Origin: Bacillota bacterium
GTDB lineage: Bacteria > Bacillota > JAAYKD01
Length of the DNA stretch: 64,000 bases
Reading direction: 5' to 3'
NCBI GenBank assembly: GCA_963666425.2
Contig: OY762825.2
Location: 1,088,001-1,152,000 of the forward strand
The notes beneath the pieces were generated by a model that was given only the letters and a program-made list of their open reading frames with translations, ran no database searches and was not told the DNA's origin. Positions within the stretch are counted from its first letter, which is position 1. Every line of letters starts with the position of its first letter. Position numbers and translations under genes: made by a program. Shown piece by piece: positions 56,464 to 64,000 of this stretch.

Positions 56464-57882
56464 TTATAGTCCACCCCCATAAGCAATCATTGCGAGCTGG
56501 GACGGCAGATAAATAAAGATACCCAGCAAAAGTGCCACAATTCCCAGTGTCATCACACTGGCAACCATGATCGGTGTCCCTTCTTTGACTTCTGGATTCG
56601 TCTGAGGTCCCAAAAATACCTTAACGAAAAGACGAGTCAAATACATGACGGTCATCACAGCACCCAGGATGAAGACGACTCCAAGTCCAATCTGATTGGC
56701 AGAAATGATTCCGTCAATGACAAGGTATTTCGCGAAGAAACCGGAAAAAGGCGGGATTCCCATGACGGAAAAGGCGCAGAGCAAAAAAGCAACCGCAGTA
56801 AAGGGCATTGTTTTAGCCAAACCGCCCATTTTACGAATGTCCTTGGTATGCATATTATGCTCTACAATTCCGGCGCAAAGAAAGAGACCGCCCTTGGCAA
56901 CACTGTGTGCCAGGATATAGAGAAGTCCTCCAACGAAACCGATTTCATTGCCGCAGGAAAGCCCCAGCAAAATAAAAGCCAACTGACTGATGGTAGAATA
57001 GGCCACGACCCGTTTGATATCATTTTCCCGCAGCGCCACACCGGCGCTGATTAAAGCGCTGACCGCAGCGATGATTGGGACAACTGTAAGAAAAATGCCA
57101 TCCACATGGAAGGTCAGTACAAAGAAGCGGGCATAGGCATAAACACCAATCTTAACCAGCACCGCAGCATGTAAAAGCGAGGTAACCGGCGAAGGCGCCA
57201 CACCGGCATCCGGCAGCCAACTATGCAAAGGAAAGGTTGCAGATTTGGATAAAATGCCAAACAGGATCAGGACGACTGTCCAGGCAGGAATGGCGACGCC
57301 TTTCATGGCAGTCAGTTCAAAAGTACCAGTCTGTCCATAAATACTGATGAAACCAACCAACATGATCAAAGCGCCGAGCACCGTAACGATAAACGCTTTG
57401 TTGGCCCGCTGTACCGGAATTTCCTCGCGGTAAAACCCAATCAATCTCCAACAGCATAAAGCGGAAATTTCCCAAAAGGTATAAATGGCGATCAGGTTGG
57501 TCGAATAGACGAGTCCCATCATCGCGCCGATGAACAAACAGATCATCATGTAATATTCATTCTGATTTTCGTATTCCTCTATATAACCAAAGGAATAGAG
57601 AACAATAATAAAACTGACAAACGAGGCTGTCAAAGCCATAAAAACAGCGAGCGCATCCGCATAGAAACCAAAACTCAAACCAAGCGGCAGCGCAAAGCGG
57701 AGAGAAAGCGGCTGACCAGCCAAGACAGCCGGCAAAGCAGCGGCTGCACAAAGAAATCCAACCGCTACAAATACCAAAGTCATACCGTTGCGCAGCTTCT
57801 CCGACCATCTGCCAAACAACGGCAGCAGCAACGCTCCCAAGAGCGGTACTAAAACACCTACTACTAAAACCCATGCATTCAT
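56464..57882 (-). CDS. Antiporter-like subunit (NuoM/L/MrpD family)
   Basis: TFWE, KSATFPLHSWLPDAGVAPSPV, KRVVAYSTISQL; start reset to ATG 57882 behind AAAGGTGA. Confidence 0.92.
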   Translation of the reverse strand: MNAWVLVVGVLVPLLGALLLPLFGRWSEKLRNGMTLVFVAVGFLCAAAALPAVLAGQPLSLRFALPLGLSFGFYADALAVFMALTASFVSFIIVLYSFGYIEEYENQNEYYMMICLFIGAMMGLVYSTNLIAIYTFWEISALCCWRLIGFYREEIPVQRANKAFIVTVLGALIMLVGFISIYGQTGTFELTAMKGVAIPAWTVVLILFGILSKSATFPLHSWLPDAGVAPSPVTSLLHAAVLVKIGVYAYARFFVLTFHVDGIFLTVVPIIAAVSALISAGVALRENDIKRVVAYSTISQLAFILLGLSCGNEIGFVGGLLYILAHSVAKGGLFLCAGIVEHNMHTKDIRKMGGLAKTMPFTAVAFLLCAFSVMGIPPFSGFFAKYLVIDGIISANQIGLGVVFILGAVMTVMYLTRLFVKVFLGPQTNPEVKEGTPIMVASVMTLGIVALLLGIFIYLPSQLAMIAYGGGL

Positions 57883-57932
57883 GATTTCGCAATCACCTTT
57901 CCATTTCAAGTTAACCGGCTGACAAGGTATGG

Positions 57933-58934
57933 TCAGCAAATTCGGGGCAGTAATTCCCCCCGTGGCAGCAGAATTCTTCTGTGCGAGCCAAATTCCGTAA
58001 CGGCAACGACTTTACCGCTGCCTTTTCGTACTTCTCCGATTATTACCGCATGCTTGCCATGCGCATCCTTTTGCAGAGCGGCAATGACGTCTTTGGCACA
58101 GCTTTGCGCTACCGCCAAAAGCACAACCCCTTCATTGGCAATAAACAGCGGATCAAGCCCTAAGATTTTGCAAGCTGCCCGGACATCCGCCCGCACCGGC
58201 AGTTCCTGATCATAGAGAAGAATATCGGTATCAGCCGTCACCCATTCACAGAGCGTGGCAGCTACACCTCCGCGGGTAGGATCCCGCAGCGCATGAACCG
58301 AATTGCCGTTTGCTTGCAATACTCCCTGCACCATTTCGGCTAAAGGCGCCACATCGCTTTCAATCGCCGGCTGAAAGCCCAGATGATTGCGTTCGGCCAT
58401 CACGGCCATACCGTGACAGGCCAGAAAACTGCTGGCGATAATACAGTCGCCTGCTGCGATTTTTTGCGGTGGAATGCTTCGTCCCGTGGTAAAAACGCCG
58501 ATACCCGCTGTATTGATGAAGATGCGGTCCGCGCTGTTCTGCTCAACAACCTTAGTATCGCCGGTCACAATTTGTACTCCGGCTTCTTTGGCCGTATCGG
58601 CAATCGACTTGACAATTCGCAGCAGCACGCTGATCTCTAAACCCGCTGCCAGGATCATCCCCACTGAGAGGAATTTTGGGCAAGCACCGCTGACCGCCAG
58701 ATCATTCACCGTCCCGCTGACCGCCAGTCTGCCGATATCGCCGCCGGGAAAAAACAGGGGCCTGACGACATAACTGTCTGTTGTCATGGCAATCGTTTCA
58801 CCAACGCTTAAGATTGCCGAATCGGTCAGAGGATTCAAATAGGGATTGGCATATGCAGGCAAAAACAACTGTTCGACCAATTCTCTGGATTTTACCCCGC
58901 CGGATCCGTGCGCCAGCGTGATCACTTCGTCCAT
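57933..58934 (-). CDS. hypE: Hydrogenase maturation protein HypE
   Basis: LAHGSGG, TTDSYVV, RDPTRGG, C-terminal PRIC. Confidence 0.97.
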   Translation of the reverse strand: MDEVITLAHGSGGVKSRELVEQLFLPAYANPYLNPLTDSAILSVGETIAMTTDSYVVRPLFFPGGDIGRLAVSGTVNDLAVSGACPKFLSVGMILAAGLEISVLLRIVKSIADTAKEAGVQIVTGDTKVVEQNSADRIFINTAGIGVFTTGRSIPPQKIAAGDCIIASSFLACHGMAVMAERNHLGFQPAIESDVAPLAEMVQGVLQANGNSVHALRDPTRGGVAATLCEWVTADTDILLYDQELPVRADVRAACKILGLDPLFIANEGVVLLAVAQSCAKDVIAALQKDAHGKHAVIIGEVRKGSGKVVAVTEFGSHRRILLPRGELLPRIC

Positions 58935-58937
58935 GCT

Positions 58938-60002
58938 TTATTCCTCCCTGTAGCGGTAATAAGCCGCGCAAGCGCCCTCAGACGAGACCATACACGGTCC
59001 GATCGGAGCGTCTGGTGTGCAAGCGCTGCCAAAATGAGCACAATTTGGCGGTATCGCTTTACCGCGTAAGATAGCGGCACACAGACATCCCTTTGGTTCC
59101 GCCATTTCCGTTTTTTCAATGGCAAAGCGATTTCGTGCGTCATAAGCGCGGTAAGCCGGACGAAATTGCAAACCGCTTTGCGGCAGACTGCCCAGACCGC
59201 GCCAGATGGCGTCGCTCGGTTCCATCACCCGATAGAGCAAATCCAAGGCGCTGCGGTTGCCGGTTGGCGTCACAACTTGAGGATACATATTGACACATTC
59301 TAATTTCTGCTTTTGAATCAGATCCATGATTGATAAAATCGCCGCCAAAATCTCATCGGCTTCAAACCCGGCAATGGCAGCGGGTAAATGTAATTTTTCC
59401 GGTACGAAAGCAAACGCATCTGCCCCGATCATCGCCGCAACATGTCCGGGGCAAAGCAAAGCATCGATACTGCTTTCATTCTGCAGCAGAGCGGTGATTG
59501 CCGCTGGCATTGTCTTATGCGCGTTCAAAATGCTGAGATTGCGCACCTTTGCTCGCGCAGCTTTTTCTACCAATACCGCCGTATGCGGTGCGGTGGTTTC
59601 AAATCCGATGCCAAAATAAACCACTTGTTTTTCCGGCTGTTGCTGCGCAATGGTCAGCGCATCCAGCGGTGAGGTAACCAATCGAACATCTCTGCCCTGT
59701 TCATACAGCGAATAGAGACTAATCTTACCGTTCGGCACCCGCATCATATCGCCAAAGCAGGTGAATATCACTTCATCCCGGCTCGCCAGCGCGATCGCTG
59801 CAGCAATATCCGCCGACGAAGTAACACAAACCGGACAGCCCGGTCCGGAGACAAGCCGGATATTCGACGGTAAAAGAGAGGGTAAGCCATATTGCCGGAT
59901 ACTGGAAGTATGGGTTCCGCAAACTTCCATGATCGTCACTGGACCGGTTTGATCAGCCAGTTTCCTAATTCCCTGCAGTAAATCCGCTATGCTGTAATTC
60001 AT
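58938..60002 (-). CDS. hypD: Hydrogenase maturation protein HypD
   Basis: EVCGTHT, GPGCPVC, GFETT, PGHV, CMVSSEGAC. Confidence 0.97.
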   Translation of the reverse strand: MNYSIADLLQGIRKLADQTGPVTIMEVCGTHTSSIRQYGLPSLLPSNIRLVSGPGCPVCVTSSADIAAAIALASRDEVIFTCFGDMMRVPNGKISLYSLYEQGRDVRLVTSPLDALTIAQQQPEKQVVYFGIGFETTAPHTAVLVEKAARAKVRNLSILNAHKTMPAAITALLQNESSIDALLCPGHVAAMIGADAFAFVPEKLHLPAAIAGFEADEILAAILSIMDLIQKQKLECVNMYPQVVTPTGNRSALDLLYRVMEPSDAIWRGLGSLPQSGLQFRPAYRAYDARNRFAIEKTEMAEPKGCLCAAILRGKAIPPNCAHFGSACTPDAPIGPCMVSSEGACAAYYRYREE

Positions 60003-60006
60003 CTGC

Positions 60007-60225
60007 TTAGAGAACGTCCAGCGTTGCTTTGACGAGTTTCTGCAGTTCTTCGCCGGCTTTTTTATCCAGGATCTGTATTACAAAACCGGCATGCACCAGC
60101 ACGATGTCACCCAGCACAGCCTTCTCCATCAAACTGAGATCGGCACGTTTTGAAATGCCACCATAATCAATGGTAGCTTCTCCGTCTTGGATTTTTGTGA
60201 TCAATCCGGGGATTGCAAGGCACAT
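60007..60225 (-). CDS. hypC: Hydrogenase chaperone HypC
   Basis: MCLAIP, VLVHAGF. Confidence 0.96.
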   Translation of the reverse strand: MCLAIPGLITKIQDGEATIDYGGISKRADLSLMEKAVLGDIVLVHAGFVIQILDKKAGEELQKLVKATLDVL

Positions 60226-60231
60226 CTTTCT

Positions 60232-62523
60232 TCACCTCATTCGATAAGCAACCGCAGCCGCTTGGCCAAAAGCGATACCGCCGTCGTTGGTTGGTATTTT
60301 TTCGTTGCTATAAACCAGAAACCCCTGCTCTTCCAGCGCGGTCATGGCCTGGCCCAACAGATATTCATTCTGAAAAACACCACCGGATAAGACTACCTTC
60401 TGACTGCCGTTATTTTGACGCTGCAGAATTGCCGCTTGCACGATCAATTCTACAACCGCACGATGAAAGCGCAGCGACAGGCTGCCGGCAGGGACAGCGT
60501 TTTTACGATCGGTAAGGACCGCACAAATCAGCGGCCGCCAATCAAACAACATTCCCTCGTCAGTCTGTTCGATGGCAAAATGGTAACTGCCCGCTGCCGT
60601 TTCGTCCATGCTTTGCTGCAGTTCAATTGCTGCCTGTCCCTCATAGGTAGTAATGGGACAAATCCCGGCTAAAGCAGCCACTGCATCAAACAGACGTCCC
60701 ATGGAAGAAGTCAGGGGTGAGTTGACTTCCCTTTCTCCTGCCTGCAGCAAAATTTCCGCTGTTTCTCTGTCTTTGGGGAACAAGTCCAATGCTGTCTCGC
60801 GGCCACAGGTTTGCGCCGTGACAGCCAAGGCGACTCGCCAAGGTTCTTTGATTGCTGTCTCGCCACCCAACAACCGAAACGGGAGCAAATGACCTACCCG
60901 GCTGCTCGAACCAATGTTGCCGAGCAGTGCTTCCCCACCCCAGATACTGCCATCATCTCCCAAACCTGAACCGTCAAAAATCAAGCCGAAGATTTGCTCT
61001 TCGTTCAGATCATGTTCGGCCAGTACCGAGGCAAAGTGAGCATGATGATGTTGAATCGGGATGATCTGAATCTCTTGTTCTGTTTTATTGGTCTTCTGAA
61101 ACGCTTGTTTCAGTGATTTTTGATAAGTAACAGCATAACGGCTGGAAAGATAATCCGGATGGTAATCACAGGCGATCACGGCAGGCAGCGCTTCAAAGAT
61201 TTTCAAAAAAGCTGCGATCTCGTCTGTGTAAGATTTTTCGGTATCAGCATCATCCAAATCGCCGATATGGCCGCTGAGAAAGGCATTTTCCTGTTTTGCT
61301 AAGCAAAAAGTATTTTTTTGCTGTGCTCCCAAGGCAAGAATGACCTGCCGGTTTCCCGGCAAGCGAAGCGGTTCCGGTACAAATCCCCGCGCCCGCCGCA
61401 GCAGATGCAGCCGGTCGTGCACCACGATACCTACACTGTCATCCATTCGGCGGTAAATTTGGCGATTATGGGTCAGAACAGCGTCGGCTATCTGGGAAAA
61501 CCCGGTGAAAGCTTCTTCATCCTGAAAGACCATTGGCCGGTCGGATAAATTTCCGCTTGTCATCACCAAAACCTCTTGATTTTGCAGCAAAAGGTAATGC
61601 AGCGGGGTGTAAGGCAGCATCACACCCAAACGATGATTGTTCTGACATACACTCCAGGCGATGGAACAGTCCGGTTTTTTCTGTAAAAGCACAATCGGTT
61701 TCTGTATAGACGTCAAGGCTCTTTGTTCCGCTTGATTCATCACGCAATATTTTTCTACGGTAGCCAGATCCGGCATCATGACCGCAAATGGTTTGTCATA
61801 ACGTAATTTCCTTTGGCGCAGCGTCTGGACAGCTGCTTCATTGCGCGCGTCGCAAACCAGGTGATAGCCGCCGATTCCCTTGACAGCCACGATTTTGCCG
61901 GCAGCAATTCTGCTTTGGAATGAATCGTAAACATCCCCCGCGAGCGGTTTACCTTTTTGGTAAAAGCTCAAATGCGGACCGCAATCGGGACAGGCATTGG
62001 GTTGAGCATGAAAACGCCGATCGGCCGGGTCCTCGTATTCTGCCTGGCAGGGTTCGCATTGCGTGAATTGTGCCATTGTTGTATTTTTACGATCATAAGG
62101 AATATCCTGAATGATCGTAAAACGTGGTCCGCAATTCGTACAATTGGTAAAAGCATAACGATAGCGCCGGTTTCCTTTTTCGGTTATATCCCGAATACAA
62201 TCGGCACAGATCCCGATATCCGGTGAGATCATGGCATTTCGTGCCCCGGTAAGGCTAGCAAGAATGCGAAAACCAGGCTCTCCCCGCAGCGGCAGTTCTC
62301 TGACTGCAACTTTTTCAATTCGTGCCATTGGCGGTGGATTTTCCTGCAATTCGGTCAAGAATGCTGCACAACTGGCTTGATTCCCCTCAATTTCGATGGA
62401 AACACCCTTAGAAGTGTTATAGACAAACCCATCCAGCAAAAGAGACTTCGCGATGCGATAAACAAAGGGGCGGAATCCCACACCCTGCACAATTCCTTGA
62501 ACTTCTACAGCATATCTTACCAT
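60232..62523 (-). CDS. hypF: Carbamoyltransferase HypF
   Basis: VQGVGFRPF, zinc fingers, KGIGGYHL, QHHHAH, PTNDGGI. Confidence 0.97.
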   Translation of the reverse strand: MVRYAVEVQGIVQGVGFRPFVYRIAKSLLLDGFVYNTSKGVSIEIEGNQASCAAFLTELQENPPPMARIEKVAVRELPLRGEPGFRILASLTGARNAMISPDIGICADCIRDITEKGNRRYRYAFTNCTNCGPRFTIIQDIPYDRKNTTMAQFTQCEPCQAEYEDPADRRFHAQPNACPDCGPHLSFYQKGKPLAGDVYDSFQSRIAAGKIVAVKGIGGYHLVCDARNEAAVQTLRQRKLRYDKPFAVMMPDLATVEKYCVMNQAEQRALTSIQKPIVLLQKKPDCSIAWSVCQNNHRLGVMLPYTPLHYLLLQNQEVLVMTSGNLSDRPMVFQDEEAFTGFSQIADAVLTHNRQIYRRMDDSVGIVVHDRLHLLRRARGFVPEPLRLPGNRQVILALGAQQKNTFCLAKQENAFLSGHIGDLDDADTEKSYTDEIAAFLKIFEALPAVIACDYHPDYLSSRYAVTYQKSLKQAFQKTNKTEQEIQIIPIQHHHAHFASVLAEHDLNEEQIFGLIFDGSGLGDDGSIWGGEALLGNIGSSSRVGHLLPFRLLGGETAIKEPWRVALAVTAQTCGRETALDLFPKDRETAEILLQAGEREVNSPLTSSMGRLFDAVAALAGICPITTYEGQAAIELQQSMDETAAGSYHFAIEQTDEGMLFDWRPLICAVLTDRKNAVPAGSLSLRFHRAVVELIVQAAILQRQNNGSQKVVLSGGVFQNEYLLGQAMTALEEQGFLVYSNEKIPTNDGGIAFGQAAAVAYRMR

Positions 62524-62538
62524 AGTACGACCCTTTAC

Positions 62539-63201
62539 TTAGCCTTTCCGGGCGGCAATCTTTTCTTCAAGATAAGTAATAACCGCATTTGCAGCATAGA
62601 TACCGTTGCATTTACCGACTTCCAATATCTGCACTTTCGGATTGATCTGATGGATATAGGTTTTCATCGTATCGATATTGACATCCACATAGGGAGCAAG
62701 ATCGGTTTTCGTGATCACCACAGCATCGGTATGCAGCATCGCTGGCGGATATTTTAATGGTTTATCCTCCCCTTCCGGCGTACTTAAAATCACCAGACGA
62801 AGATCTTCGCCTAAATCATAGGAAATAGGACAGACCAAATTCCCCACATTTTCGATGATCAGCAAGTCAATTGCGCTGAGATCCAACTGCTCAATTTCGC
62901 TTTGAATCATTCTGGCATCCAGATGGCAGGCACCATTTGTATTGATCTGAGCAGCCTTAACTCCGGTCTTACGAATCCGCTCCGCATCATTTTGTGTCGC
63001 TAAGTCACCTTCAATTACGAAAATTCGCAGCTCTTTGGTTAAGACAGGCAGGATATTCTCCAGCAAAGTCGTTTTACCGGAACCGGGCGAACCCATAATA
63101 TCTAAAACAAAGACATGGTGTTTTTGAAAACCACTGCGGTTCGCTTGTGCAATCGCATCATTCAGTGATTTTAAATTTTGTCCCATTTCAATTTCAGCCA
63201 T
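62539..63201 (-). CDS. hypB: Nickel-insertion GTPase HypB
   Basis: GSPGSGKT, GACHLD, ENVGNLVCP, DKPLKYP. Confidence 0.97.
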   Translation of the reverse strand: MAEIEMGQNLKSLNDAIAQANRSGFQKHHVFVLDIMGSPGSGKTTLLENILPVLTKELRIFVIEGDLATQNDAERIRKTGVKAAQINTNGACHLDARMIQSEIEQLDLSAIDLLIIENVGNLVCPISYDLGEDLRLVILSTPEGEDKPLKYPPAMLHTDAVVITKTDLAPYVDVNIDTMKTYIHQINPKVQILEVGKCNGIYAANAVITYLEEKIAARKG

Positions 63202-63216
63202 TTGTTTCTCTCCTTT

Positions 63217-63585
63217 TTATCGCTGTCCGTCTTCATTTGCGTATTTTTCACAGTCTAGGCTGATGATATAAATATCCTCGCCCTGCGTGATCTGATAATA
63301 AATACTGCGGCAGCTCGGACAGTGAAATGGAAAACCTGCTGGTTCATATTCCTGACCGCAGCCATCGCAGCGTACCTTGACCGGCAATTGAACCATTTCC
63401 AGCACAGCTCCCTGCAGCACACCGCTTTGCGTCATTGCTTCGAAAGCAAATGCCAGCGCATCCGGCATGGCGTTCGCCAACGCTCCCACAGCTAGCTTGA
63501 CTGTATTGACTTGCTTGACATTCTGCCCTTGCAGAGCTTTTTCTGCCAGGGACAGTAAATCTTGCATTAAGGCTGTTTCGTGCAT
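63217..63585 (-). CDS. hypA: Nickel metallochaperone HypA
   Basis: MHE start (ATG 63585, GGAGGT RBS), two CxxC motifs. Confidence 0.95.
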   Translation of the reverse strand: MHETALMQDLLSLAEKALQGQNVKQVNTVKLAVGALANAMPDALAFAFEAMTQSGVLQGAVLEMVQLPVKVRCDGCGQEYEPAGFPFHCPSCRSIYYQITQGEDIYIISLDCEKYANEDGQR

Positions 63586-63745
63586 CGCTACCTCCAATCA
63601 AAACGCAGATCAAGAACCGCTTGCGCTATCATCACCATTTTAATTGATATGGTCTCTTTTGCCGCAGCCGCTGTGCGGCGATTTTTGGCGATTTTGGTGC
63701 TGTTTTGCGCTGTTTTACAGACTATCCTTCGATTCTCGAAATTGA

Positions 63746-63779
63746 AGTATACCACTTAACAACACACTGTCAAGTGGTA
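63746..63779 (-). promoter_or_regulatory. sigma-A promoter of the hyp/hydrogenase operon with overlapping inverted repeat
   Basis: TTGACA-16 nt-TATACT with extended -10 TG; overlapped by TACCACTTAAC-N8-GTCAAGTGGTA. Confidence 0.62.
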
Positions 63780-64000
63780 CTTGGCACAATGTCGAAACTC
63801 CCCGTACAGCAACAATTTAATACCAATTGTCTTCTGTCAAGGGAGTTGTGGCTTCCTTATGCATTTGAGAATTCTCGTTTGGAGGAGAGTATTTGAGCCT
63901 GTAAGACCAATCCTTCTCTGACCGACCGACACGCCAACCGGAATCAGCGGAGCGGTGCAGTTTCATAACTTCTGAAATCGCAGCGCCGATCCGTGATCCA

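Noticed and set aside
63781-63797. TTGGCAC as a sigma-54 promoter
   Set aside because: No TTGC at -12 and it faces away from the hyp operon.
63818-64000. Open minus-strand frame entering from the right edge
   Set aside because: Too short and featureless to assign; may be the tail of a gene in the next window.

Overview
Mostly core chromosome of an anaerobic Bacillota (Firmicutes)-type bacterium that appears to live on amino acids; finer taxonomy cannot be assigned by eye. Left to right: a truncated receiver + multi-PAS sensor gene, tRNA-Ser(TGA), ridA and serS behind a Ser T-box, a two-component pair, a polysaccharide deacetylase bracketed by inverted IS1182-like ends plus an IS3 fragment, and the gap-pgk-tpiA-gpmI-eno operon. 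Next come two tandem copies of an uncharacterised four-gene membrane operon (DUF6754-type), a selenocysteine (UxxC) glutaredoxin that the ORF track truncates, an HD protein and a class B PBP. These are followed by a glycine-riboswitch-controlled glycine cleavage operon, an MFS permease, an atypical Fpg/Nei, dpaL, a cysteine desulfidase, an array of nested palindromic repeats, a full rRNA operon, a family-4 UDG, and hypABFCDE plus an 11-subunit complex-I-like group 4 [NiFe]-hydrogenase operon. The best candidate for an undescribed system is the duplicated four-gene membrane module: three subunits are 95-99% identical between copies while the one with a predicted extracytoplasmic domain is only about 74% identical, as expected of a transporter or sensor with a variable ligand-binding subunit. 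All assignments are from motif reading, not database searches.
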